Below are positions 21,281-30,491 of a DNA stretch of 64,000 nt, piece by piece. The stretch's first letter is position 1; the number at the start of each line of letters is the position of its first letter. The notes beneath the pieces were generated by a model that saw nothing but the letters and a program-made list of their open reading frames with translations, did not search any database and was not told the origin of the DNA. The stretch is taken from positions 1,408,001-1,472,000 of the forward strand of contig OZ243961.1 of the NCBI GenBank assembly GCA_965214605.1. The letters run 5' to 3'. The stretch is from an uncultured Candidatus Binatia bacterium (GTDB taxonomy: Bacteria; Desulfobacterota; Binatia; Bin18). A program made the translations under genes and the position numbers.

Positions 21281-21536
21281 GCGCGGAGTATAGGCCCTGG
21301 CACCGATATTGGCAACACGATTATCAACACATTTAGGAAAAAACCAGAGCGCAGTACAACGTATCCCATGTCGGGTCGTTCCCGCGCGAAAACATCCATA
21401 ACCTGATGAAAATACGATATTTATGTCATTCACAGCGCAGCTAGGCACATGTGTGTCTATCCATTATATATATGCATATTTCTCTAACATAAACATAAGC
21501 CTCTTCCTTTTCCTGCGTAAATGTTTTGCTTTGCGA

Positions 21537-22622
21537 TCAACTTTGCTCTTTCACCACCCCGAGCTGCCTGAGCAAAGGCACGATCTCGCGGCCAAACCGG
21601 ACCGTGTCTTCATAGTAGGACAGAAAACACATCAGAACGCCATCCAGACCCAGCTCATACAGCCGCTTGAGCTTGAGGGCGACCTGCTCAGCCGTCCCGA
21701 TAATCGGCAGGCCCCCCGCTCCCAGGGCAAACATCTCCAGGGTGAAATGATCGAATGAACCACTGCCAATGCCCAGCCCCCGTGCCCAGTTCTCGGTTGC
21801 TACGGTATCCATCTGCTCCAGAATGCGACGCTTTTCGGCTTCGGCTTCTTGTTCGGTCTCGCGCCACAAGACAAACGGATAGCCCGCGCACCAGACACGA
21901 CGCCCGTACTTACCGGCCCGGACTTTGAAACCCTGGGTCAGCTCTCGGGTCTCTTCAATAGACGACTGGCCGATAAACGCCCAGTCACACAGCCGGGCGA
22001 CCAGTTCCTTAGCGTCTTCTGATACACCGGCATTGACAATGGGTGGATGCGGGTTGCAGATCGGCTGTGGATTCACATAGCCACCCCTAATCCGGTACCA
22101 GGGCGAGTCATAATTAAACGTTCCCGGCTCTTGCGTCCACAGTCCTTTCAGAATCTCAATAAACGCAGTTGTCTTGTCATAACGCTGGTCGTGGGGCAGC
22201 AGTTCAATGCCCATCATACCAAACTCTTCTTTACTCCACCCGCTGACAATATTAATCCCCCACCGCCCCTGGCCGATATGATCCAGAGTAGCGCCCATCT
22301 TCGCCACCACCAACGGATGAAAGACCGGCACATGGACGGTTGAATAGATCTTGAGCTTAGTCGTCACCGCCAGTAGCGCCGCGGCCCAAGTCATGGTCTC
22401 CTGCGACAGGCCCAGATAGTTGGTCTTTCCTCCAAAGCCTCGCCAACGGCTGACCGGAAACAGAAAGTCAAAACCCGCCTCTTCGGCTGCCAGGGCGATC
22501 CGTTTATTCGACGTGTATGGCCACTCATCGGGGCCGACCCGGTAGCTGCTGATCGAATACGCATTGCTACAGTTCGGCATGAAAATACCGAGTTGAAGAG
22601 GATCACGCTCCATCTGCGTCAC
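21537..22622 (-). CDS. LLM-class FMN-dependent monooxygenase (RutA/SfnG-like)
   Basis: GIFMPN, AEEAGFDFLFPVSRWRGFGG, HPLVVAKMGATLDHIGQGRWGINIVSGW. Confidence 0.85.
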   Translation of the reverse strand: MTQMERDPLQLGIFMPNCSNAYSISSYRVGPDEWPYTSNKRIALAAEEAGFDFLFPVSRWRGFGGKTNYLGLSQETMTWAAALLAVTTKLKIYSTVHVPVFHPLVVAKMGATLDHIGQGRWGINIVSGWSKEEFGMMGIELLPHDQRYDKTTAFIEILKGLWTQEPGTFNYDSPWYRIRGGYVNPQPICNPHPPIVNAGVSEDAKELVARLCDWAFIGQSSIEETRELTQGFKVRAGKYGRRVWCAGYPFVLWRETEQEAEAEKRRILEQMDTVATENWARGLGIGSGSFDHFTLEMFALGAGGLPIIGTAEQVALKLKRLYELGLDGVLMCFLSYYEDTVRFGREIVPLLRQLGVVKEQS

Positions 22623-23037
22623 AGTTATACTCCTTACGTTTACTACCCGTTATTCGCGCTTATTTTCTTTATCAAGCCTTCTGCGGCCTAATGTGACTTC
22701 TGTACTATTTGGACCAACTCATGAAAGCGTCTGTCTGATAACTGCCCGAATAGCCTATCTATTGCCTCTATAATTGCTCTCATTGAGCATCGCTGATTTC
22801 GAATGAGCTCCCTAACCTACCCTAAATCCCAACGCGGCACTGGCATAGCCACTGTCGTCTCGCATAGCAATGGGCAGGTCAAGTATTTGCTCGCCCGTTC
22901 GTCTCGCGGTCCGGATTACATCATTATCCGTTCTTGTTCCTCATTATCGAATGACTCTCCGCATTCACCCAAGTGGGCCACCGATGCTGCCGAACTGCTC
23001 CGGAGCCGTTCGCCGGTTTGGGAAGGGTCCATTTTTC

Positions 23038-23350
23038 TCAAAGCCACCGCTCCACAAACTCTCTGGAGGCCACGATCGCGGTACGTTGATAAAGGGACCC
23101 GGCGAGAGGCTTCTTGTCGCCACTCATAAGGCTGCTTCTAGGGGGCAGGCAAGAAACTTATTGTCTTCCGGGTCTTCACGGATAGCCTCCGGCAGCAGAC
23201 GGCTCGGGACGGTCTCGGTGTTCTCAATATGATCTCTATGAACGCCTGAGACCTCGACGCCAGGGGAGCGTTGTATCAAGCGTCCACCAATCTGATATAC
23301 TTGTCAACAATTTCCGGTGGCATCACAACCGGACCAATGACGCATCTCAC
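23038..23350 (-). pseudogene. PIN-domain toxin remnant
   Basis: Manual reading: (M)RCVI..., EAIREDPEDNKFLAC, SGDKK...IVASREFVERWL*; stops and frameshifts. Confidence 0.65.
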
Positions 23351-23355
23351 TGTCG

Positions 23356-23611
23356 CTATTCGGTCTCGGCTATGGCGTCGGCGATATCGGGATGCTTTAG
23401 GCCGATCTTAGGCGCGTGTCTTCGGGCTTCGTTGAGCAATGTTTCAAACTCGTCTGGCGAGAGCGCTTCGACCTCTTTGAGGACGATTACGCTTTTATCG
23501 ACAACAACGACAAACTGAGTTCCCGGATCACAATCCGGACGGTTGCCGTATTGTTTTAGGAATGACGCCCTGTCCTTTCGCAGACGTCCTCACGGCTAAC
23601 GGAGTTGTCAC
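23356..23611 (-). pseudogene. AbrB/MazE antitoxin, frameshifted
   Basis: RTSAKGQGVIPKTIR..GL / DPGTQFVVVVDKSVIVLKE...EFETLLNEARR...IADAIAETE*; 256 nt, i.e. one extra base. Confidence 0.7.
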
Positions 23612-23775
23612 GACTCACCCCTAGTTTGTTGCCGATAAGCGACTAGGAGCATAGCCAGACAAGATTGCTCTGTCCGGGCAAGCTGGGTCGGTCCTTATTG
23701 ACAGGGTCGTGCCAAAACTGGCGCGGACTCCACCTCCCCTTTCCGGCAGCGGGGAATCCTGCAATACTGGCAGAG

Positions 23776-24735
23776 ATGGCCGAAGCACCTGCTCTCCAAA
23801 AAGAACGTCTGGTCTTCGCCAAGACCGAGCGGATTCCACTCCACCTAATTTCCGGCTTTTTAGGCAGCGGCAAAACCACCCTGCTGAAACGTTTGCTGGA
23901 CCACTGCCTGACAATCGGACTCAAACCGGCAGTCATGATGAACGAGTATGGCGAGGTCAATATTGATGGAGAACTGCTGCGCGGCCAAGGCTTCAGCGTC
24001 CGTGAGATGACCAACGGCTGTATCTGCTGCACGATCGGCGGCACGCTCGGTCTAGCCTTACAAGAAGTCGCATCGCTCGAGCCAGACGTCATCTTCGTGG
24101 AGGCCACCGGTCTGGCCGATCCAATCGAGCTGATCGATCAGGCCACAAAGGAAGAAGTCCTGACCATGGTCCGCCTGGCGTCGCTGATTGCCGTGCTGGA
24201 TCCGATTAATTTTGCTCAGCTGGCCAAAGAGCTACATGCCGGGATTCAGCAGCAGACTGAGCTGGCCGATTTTGTAGTGCTCAACAAACGTGACCTAGTT
24301 GATGAAAACACGCTGACAGACCTGACGGCTCAGATTCGCCGGCTCAATCCCCGCGCCCAGATTGTGCTGACCGAACAGGGGGAAATGGACTACAGCCGTA
24401 TTCTGGCTACAACGGGAACAATTGCCCGTTCGACCAGCCCGTCTTATCCGACTGTGGTGCACGACCACTTTCATACCCTCACTTATCTGTGCCAGGCTCC
24501 GCTGGTCCGAGCCCGGTTTGAAGCACTGATGCGGGTTCTGCCGTCCACCGTATGGCGGGCAAAAGGTTTTGTACGTTTCACCGACTCAGAAGAACAGTGG
24601 ATGTTTCAGTACGTTGCGGGTGAGTTTGATATGGAATGGATCGACCTGTTGCCTGAGCCGCCGGAACATATAGTATTCATTGGCAAAGGCTTTGATCCTG
24701 ACGTGCTCCAAAAAGCGCTGGTCGCGTGTGGTTAG
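23776..24735 (+). CDS. COG0523/CobW-family G3E GTPase metallochaperone
   Basis: SGFLGSGKTT, NEYGE, GCICC, EATGLADP, NKRD, WRAKGF; start moved to ATG 23776. Confidence 0.92.
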   Translation: MAEAPALQKERLVFAKTERIPLHLISGFLGSGKTTLLKRLLDHCLTIGLKPAVMMNEYGEVNIDGELLRGQGFSVREMTNGCICCTIGGTLGLALQEVASLEPDVIFVEATGLADPIELIDQATKEEVLTMVRLASLIAVLDPINFAQLAKELHAGIQQQTELADFVVLNKRDLVDENTLTDLTAQIRRLNPRAQIVLTEQGEMDYSRILATTGTIARSTSPSYPTVVHDHFHTLTYLCQAPLVRARFEALMRVLPSTVWRAKGFVRFTDSEEQWMFQYVAGEFDMEWIDLLPEPPEHIVFIGKGFDPDVLQKALVACG

Positions 24736-24796
24736 ACCGGATGCGTGTCGCCCAAGGCGTATATCCATCATTATCTCTGCAGACAGGAGGGCAGCC

Positions 24797-25411
24797 ATGA
24801 TTTACGAAGTTCGGACCTACCGGCTCAAACCAGGCAGCATTCCCGAGTGTGAAAAACGCTTTGCCGAGTCCCTACCCCACCGGGAAAAATACTCTCCGCT
24901 GGGCGCTTTTTGGCACACCGAGATCGGTCCGCTCAACCAAATTATCCACGTCTGGCCCTACGACAGCTTGCAGCAACGGACCGAACTACGCGGCCAAGCC
25001 ATGCAAGACCCCAACTGGCCGCCCAAGATCGGGCAGATGATCGAGCACATGGAGTCGGAGATCTTTATTCCGGCGCCGTTCATGGAACCCCTGGGCCAGA
25101 AAAGCCTAGGGAGAGTGTACGAGATGCGGACGTATATGTACCAGCCGGGCGCGATGCCGACCGTCCTGGAACGCTGGGCAGAGGCGATCCCGGCTCGGAC
25201 CGAGCTCTCGTCGCTGGCGGCGTGTTGGTACAGCGATATTGGCACCCTCAACAAGTTTGTCCACATCTGGCCCTACGCCGATCTTGAGGCACGCTCACGG
25301 ATCCGCGCCGAATCGCTCAAGCTGCCCAACTGGCCGCCGGGAACGCGCGAGTTTTTGGTCAGCCAGGAAAACAAGATCCTGATCCCGGCCACATTTTCTC
25401 CCATGCAGTAA
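24797..25411 (+). CDS. Tandem NIPSNAP-domain protein
   Basis: Two repeats: IYEVRTYRLKPG...HVWPY and VYEMRTYMYQPG...HIWPY; AGGAGG RBS. Confidence 0.88.
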   Translation: MIYEVRTYRLKPGSIPECEKRFAESLPHREKYSPLGAFWHTEIGPLNQIIHVWPYDSLQQRTELRGQAMQDPNWPPKIGQMIEHMESEIFIPAPFMEPLGQKSLGRVYEMRTYMYQPGAMPTVLERWAEAIPARTELSSLAACWYSDIGTLNKFVHIWPYADLEARSRIRAESLKLPNWPPGTREFLVSQENKILIPATFSPMQ

Positions 25412-25432
25412 GCGCGCGAGGAGGCTATTCCC

Positions 25433-26359
25433 ATGGGCGGTATAAAAATCGGCATTGGCTTTGGGCTGTGGAAATATGGCTTGCCCGATCCTGAATTGGT
25501 GTGTACCAGCGCCGAGCTTGCCGAAGACCTGGGCCTTGATTCAGTCTGGCTGTCGGACCATATTGTTACCCGCAACCCAAGCCTGGACATCACCTGCCTG
25601 TTCGCCATGATTGCGGCGCGGACGAAAAGACTCAGGATGGGTCCGAGCGTCCTGACCCTCCCAGCCCGTCATCCCGTCCAGGTGGCCAAGACCTATGCCA
25701 CCCTCGACTATCTGTCGAGCGGTCGCATGATCATGGCCGTTGGCAGCGGCAGTGATACGCGGGACTTGGTGGCCTCAGGCATCTCCCCCCGTGAACGCGT
25801 CAAACGACTGGACGAGGGTATCGATATCCTGCGCCGCCTGTGGACAGAGTCACATGTCACCTACGAAGGGCAGTTCTATCAGTTCGAGGACGTGACGATC
25901 GACCCCAAACCCGCCAAAGGAGCCCTGGATATTTGGATTGGGGGCAAGAGCGACGCGATTCTGAGACGGGTTGTGCGTCTGGGCGATGGCTGGTTTCCTG
26001 CCCTGACTACCCCACGCGAGTTTCGCGCCGATATGGACAAACTGCAAGCCTACGGCGAGTCCTACGGACGGCCGGTGGATTCGCGAGAAGCTGGGGTGTT
26101 ACTGCTGACCCATGTATGTGAGAATCGGGAAAAAGGCTGGGAAACCGTCGCCCCATTTCTCCGCGGTTTACCTATGCCACCCGAGGACCTCGCCGCCCGC
26201 TGTGTGGTCGGCCCACCGGAAGAGTGTGTGGAAAAAATTCAAAATTTCGTGAACGCCGGATGTGTCAAGTTTGTCCTGCGGCCGGCTTGTCCGCCGGAAG
26301 AGATCCAGTCCCAGATCGAGCGCTATGGGAGAGACATCCTGCCCCATTTTGTGTCGTAG
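25433..26359 (+). CDS. LLM-class oxidoreductase, probably F420-dependent
   Basis: AEDLGLDSVWLSDH, HPVQVAKTYATLDYLSSGR, IWIGG...GDGW. Confidence 0.82.
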   Translation: MGGIKIGIGFGLWKYGLPDPELVCTSAELAEDLGLDSVWLSDHIVTRNPSLDITCLFAMIAARTKRLRMGPSVLTLPARHPVQVAKTYATLDYLSSGRMIMAVGSGSDTRDLVASGISPRERVKRLDEGIDILRRLWTESHVTYEGQFYQFEDVTIDPKPAKGALDIWIGGKSDAILRRVVRLGDGWFPALTTPREFRADMDKLQAYGESYGRPVDSREAGVLLLTHVCENREKGWETVAPFLRGLPMPPEDLAARCVVGPPEECVEKIQNFVNAGCVKFVLRPACPPEEIQSQIERYGRDILPHFVS

Positions 26360-26376
26360 ATGTCTGAGGAGCAGCA

Positions 26377-27957
26377 GTGACCGAGCAGCAGGAGCGTTGG
26401 GGGAGTCGGGTCGGGGTCATTTTAGCCGTGGCTGGTTCGGCGGTGGGGATGGGCAATTTTCTGCGCTTTCCCGGCCAGGTTGCCCAGAACGGCGGCGGGG
26501 CGTTTATGATCCCCTACTTCTGTGCCCTTCTTTTTCTGGGCATTCCGATCTGCTGGGCGGAGTGGAGCCTGGGCCGCTACGGTGGTCGGAAGGGCTTGCA
26601 TTCCGCCCCGGCCATTCTGGGTATCATCGGCAGGGGCTGGCCCGTTCGCTACTCTGGCGTGCTCGGCCTGCTCATCCCGCTGGTGGTCTATATGTACTAC
26701 GTGCTGATCGAGTCATGGTGTCTGCAGTATTTTTTCGCCTATCTGACCGGCAGTATCGACCTTGGCCCAGACCCGGCCCAGTACACCGAACAGTCGGGCC
26801 GTTTCTTTACCGCGGTGACGGGCGATAACGCTAATGGCTTGACCCTAGACGGCAGCCTGCACCCCAGCGTACTGTTTCTGCTGGCTGCCGTCGCCTTCAA
26901 CCTATGGTTCATCTGGCGCGGTCTGGCTAAAGGCATTGAAACCTTCTGCAAGCTGGCCATGCCGACCCTGATCGTCTGCGCCCTAATTGTGCTTATCCGC
27001 GTTCTGACCCTGGGCACCCCTGACCCCAGCCTTCCCGATCAGAACGTGACCAACGGCCTGGGCTTCATGTGGAACCCCGATCTGTCCAAACTCGGCGATT
27101 TCAAGACCTGGCTGGCCGCGGCCAGCCAGGTCTTTTTCAGTCTTTCAGTTGGCTTTGGGGTAATTATAAACTATGCTTCCTATCTGACCAAGAAAGATGA
27201 CGTTGTGCTGTCCGGGCTGACCGCCTCGTCGACCAATGAGTTCGTTGAAGTTGCTCTCGGCGGGCTGATCACCATCCCCGCTGCCTTCATCTTTCTGGGG
27301 GCCAGCATCACCGTTAGCAGCAGCTTTGGCCTCGGCTTTCACACCCTGCCCATCGTCTTCGCCCACATGGGCGACTTCGGGCGAATTATTGGCGCGATCT
27401 TCTTCTTCATGCTGTTCCTAGCCGGCGTCACCAGCTCCCTATCCATGCTCCAGCCCATGTTTGCCTTTCTCGCCGAAGCTCTCAACCTGTCCCGCACCAC
27501 CGCAGTAGCTGGCCTCGGCCTACTGTCCACCTTCGGCTCGCTGTGGGTGCTGTACTTCAGCCAGGGGCTCGTCGCCCTTGATACCATGGACTTCTGGGTC
27601 GGGACACTCGGTCTTTTCGTCATGGCCACCGTGCTGATCATCTGCTTCGGCTGGGTGTTCGGTGTAGACCGAGGTATTGCCGAGGCCCACCGCGGCGCTC
27701 AACTTCGCATCCCTGGCTTCTTTCGCTTTGTCATCAAATACCTCTCGCCTGCCTACCTGCTCGTCGTCATTATCGGCTTCTGCTTCCAGAGCCTCCCCGG
27801 CTACCTGCAGGGCTTAGCCCAAGACCCGGTTGCCCGCTGGACGCTGGGTTTTATTGGCATCATCCTGGCACTGCTGGTTGTCCTGACCCGTATCGGCGAG
27901 CAGCGCTGGCAGGCCGCCGGCTTGGATATTGACGGGCGCTTGCCACTCAACGACTGA
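26377..27957 (+). CDS. Sodium-dependent NSS/SNF-family transporter
   Basis: ERWGSR...GSAVGMGNFLRFP, GGGAFMIPY, QVFFSLSVGFG, AGVTSSLS; many TM helices. Confidence 0.93.
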   Translation: MTEQQERWGSRVGVILAVAGSAVGMGNFLRFPGQVAQNGGGAFMIPYFCALLFLGIPICWAEWSLGRYGGRKGLHSAPAILGIIGRGWPVRYSGVLGLLIPLVVYMYYVLIESWCLQYFFAYLTGSIDLGPDPAQYTEQSGRFFTAVTGDNANGLTLDGSLHPSVLFLLAAVAFNLWFIWRGLAKGIETFCKLAMPTLIVCALIVLIRVLTLGTPDPSLPDQNVTNGLGFMWNPDLSKLGDFKTWLAAASQVFFSLSVGFGVIINYASYLTKKDDVVLSGLTASSTNEFVEVALGGLITIPAAFIFLGASITVSSSFGLGFHTLPIVFAHMGDFGRIIGAIFFFMLFLAGVTSSLSMLQPMFAFLAEALNLSRTTAVAGLGLLSTFGSLWVLYFSQGLVALDTMDFWVGTLGLFVMATVLIICFGWVFGVDRGIAEAHRGAQLRIPGFFRFVIKYLSPAYLLVVIIGFCFQSLPGYLQGLAQDPVARWTLGFIGIILALLVVLTRIGEQRWQAAGLDIDGRLPLND

Positions 27958-27969
27958 GGAGACATATCA

Positions 27970-28095
27970 ATGACGGCCGGAGGGTGGCTTTCTCTGCTGG
28001 TGTCGGTCAGCTTTGTCGTGGGCCTCGTCAGCTTCTGCTTCTATCGAGTGTTGGCTGGGCCGAGAACACCACCGTCGGAAGGGACTAATAAGTGA
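27970..28095 (+). CDS. 41-aa single-TM protein, probable MetS-like small subunit of the NSS transporter; not in the ORF track
   Basis: GAGGAG RBS; MTAGGWLSLLVSVSFVVGLVSFCFYRVLAGPRTPPSEGTNK*. Confidence 0.7.
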   Translation: MTAGGWLSLLVSVSFVVGLVSFCFYRVLAGPRTPPSEGTNK

Positions 28096-28124
28096 CGAGA
28101 GGAGGGGAAACTACACACTGCGGT

Positions 28125-28409
28125 TCGGACGAGCGCCTGCAGTCCTTTCCTGGTGCACGAACATCAGCAGCTTCAATGAGACACCCCGTCGGTACTTTTG
28201 GCCCCGTTCCTACCTGCGCTCATCAGGCCGGCGGTCACGTCTAGGTAGGGTGACCGCTTGGTTGGCCTTCTCGGGTAACCGGCTCTCCGAACCTAGCCGG
28301 CGTCATACATCTGCAGCCGTCCGCTTGTTTATCACGCAGATCTCGCGAAGACTAAGCGCGGTTTCATGCGCGGCCGCCAAGGCTTTGCTGCCATACTCCC
28401 TGCCTTCAT
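28125..28409 (-). pseudogene. Degraded paralog of the 17012-17329 HTH antitoxin
   Basis: EYGSKALAAAHETALSL...INKRT and ERGQK...GVSLKLL versus QYKSEALAAAHEAALGL...MSKRT and ERGEKRPGGTSLKLL. Confidence 0.7.
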
Positions 28410-28706
28410 GAGCGTTCTGTTCCCCATGGCTGCTGCCAAAGCAGGCATCCCGGAAGCTTGCGGAGACGATGCTTGTCCCGAGTGGACGCCGTGCTAACGA
28501 GTATGATGTTCTAGTGATTGGCAATTGCAGCGTGAGCCGCCACACAGAGGCGTGCATATCGAGCAGGGTCCATAAGGTAGGATTAAACTGTTAATTTCTG
28601 TCAAGCAAATAGGTACTTCTGCAACTGAGTATGCTAAGCTCCTCATCACAAAAGACCCCGGCATCAACAGGTTTTGACCCGAGTCGAGCACAGGAGGAGA
28701 TGCAGT

Positions 28707-29993
28707 ATGCAACAGGCTACGATCAATGGAACCCAGTTTGAGACACCGGTCGAAATAAACTTTGAAACTCTGGTTCAGGATGAGAAGATTCACGCCTCGC
28801 TATACACCGACCCCCACATCTTTGAACAAGAACTCGAAAGAATTTTTTACCGGGTCTGGGTGTTTGTCGGTCACGAGAGTGAGATACCCGAACCGGGCGA
28901 CTATGTGACCCGGCAGATCGGTCGCCAACCCGTGCTCATGGTCCGCGACAAATCCGGCGGCGTGTCGGTCTTTCTCAACCGCTGCGCGCACCGTGGCACG
29001 ATGGTCTGCCCGGCAGACTCTGGCAACGCTCGCGCGTTTACCTGCCCCTACCACGGCTGGACGTATAACCTGAGTGGCCAACTGACCGGGGTGCCCTACC
29101 CCGGGGCGTATGGCCCGGACTTCAACAAAAGCGACTATGGCCTCTCGCGGGTCGCGCGCTGCGACAGCTACCGGGGCTTTGTGTTCGCGAGCTTGAGTCC
29201 CCACGGCCCATCGCTCGACGAGCACCTAGGTCACGCCACCCGGCTCATCGACCGCGCATGCGATCTGTCGCCAGAGGGAGAGCTTGACCTAAGTGCCGGT
29301 TGGGTCAAACATCGCTACATGTCAAACTGGAAGATGATTCCCGAGAACGACACCGATGGCTACCATCTGGGCTTTGTGCATATCGCCATTCTCAAAGCGA
29401 CCGGCTCCCACTATCAGCGGTTTGTCGGTGACGAGGGCAGCAACAAGGGCATTCTGCGTGATTGGGGCAACGGTCATACCGAAATTGAATGGGCGCAGGG
29501 TTACCAAAAACCGTTTGAGTGGTTTGGCGCTGCCCCGGACAAATACGCCGCCTACCTGTCGGCGCTTGAGCGTAGCTATGGCAAAGTCGAAGCCCTGCGG
29601 CGTACGTTTGAGGGACCGCCCCACGCCCTGATTTTTCCTAACCTGTTTTTGGCCGAGATGAATATCGCCCTATTTTATCCGCTCAGTGTCGAGGAATCGA
29701 TCCAATGGCATACGCCCATGTTTCTCAAGGGCGCCCCCGAACTGAACACCCGGCTGCTACGCCAAAGCGAAGCAGCTATGGGCCCGGCGTCCTTTCTGCT
29801 GCCGGAAGACATCACCATTGCCAGCCGCAACCAGGCCGGCCTATACGCCCGACAGCCCGAGTGGCTTGAACTGAGCCGCGGTCGCCATCGAGAACACATC
29901 GATGAGGAGGGGTGCATCGTCGCCCATGTGACCGATGAAGTCACCAACCGTGCCTTCTGGAAACACTACCGCTCAGTCATGACCCGGGTCTAA
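28707..29993 (+). CDS. Rieske ring-hydroxylating oxygenase alpha subunit
   Basis: NRCAHRG...CPYHGW Rieske ligands; ENDTDGYHLGFVH mononuclear Fe site. Confidence 0.93.
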   Translation: MQQATINGTQFETPVEINFETLVQDEKIHASLYTDPHIFEQELERIFYRVWVFVGHESEIPEPGDYVTRQIGRQPVLMVRDKSGGVSVFLNRCAHRGTMVCPADSGNARAFTCPYHGWTYNLSGQLTGVPYPGAYGPDFNKSDYGLSRVARCDSYRGFVFASLSPHGPSLDEHLGHATRLIDRACDLSPEGELDLSAGWVKHRYMSNWKMIPENDTDGYHLGFVHIAILKATGSHYQRFVGDEGSNKGILRDWGNGHTEIEWAQGYQKPFEWFGAAPDKYAAYLSALERSYGKVEALRRTFEGPPHALIFPNLFLAEMNIALFYPLSVEESIQWHTPMFLKGAPELNTRLLRQSEAAMGPASFLLPEDITIASRNQAGLYARQPEWLELSRGRHREHIDEEGCIVAHVTDEVTNRAFWKHYRSVMTRV

Positions 29994-29999
29994 AATGCT

Positions 30000-30491
30000 A
30001 TGCTCTCGGACACCGAATATCGCGCGGTTGAAGCGTTTTTATACAAAGAAGCGCGCCTGGCCGATGAGGCGCGCTACGCCGAGTGGGAGGCCCTGTGGGA
30101 AGACGACGCCGTCTATTGGGTTCCCGCCCATCCCAGCGGCACCAGCGATCCCACGCGCCACATGTCGCACATCTATGACAATCGATCCCGCATCGCGACG
30201 CGCATCAAACTCCTCCAGAGTGGACGGCGCTACAGCCAAGAGCCAGCCTCGTTCATGCGGCGGCTGATCTCGAATATTGAAATAGAAAAAACCGACACCG
30301 GCGAGTTCGTAGTCGGCTCAAACTTTCTGTTATTGGAGCTGTCTATCCAGGCCAGACACGAGCTGCGCCAGTGGGGTGGGCGGACGATCCACAAACTGCG
30401 TCAGGGCGACGGGGAACTCAAGATGTTCTGGAAGCAGGTACTGTTGGTCAACGCGGCGGAACCCTTGCCGAACCTGACCTTTCTGGTCTGA
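30000..30491 (+). CDS. Ring-hydroxylating oxygenase beta subunit
   Basis: FLYKEARLADE.RY.EW, YWVP, SQEP...RRLISNI. Confidence 0.92.
   Translation: MLSDTEYRAVEAFLYKEARLADEARYAEWEALWEDDAVYWVPAHPSGTSDPTRHMSHIYDNRSRIATRIKLLQSGRRYSQEPASFMRRLISNIEIEKTDTGEFVVGSNFLLLELSIQARHELRQWGGRTIHKLRQGDGELKMFWKQVLLVNAAEPLPNLTFLV

Larger units (their letters stand above)
14900..21500. mobile_element. Decayed integrative genomic island
   Basis: Cluster of par, Rpn, TA, hsdMS and integrase remnants between aspC and an LLM gene; AT-rich segments near 16850-16990 and 21310-21530; boundaries approximate. Confidence 0.7.

Noticed and set aside
23612-23775. Cobalamin riboswitch upstream of the CobW-like gene
   Set aside because: No recognisable B12-box or conserved core motifs by eye.
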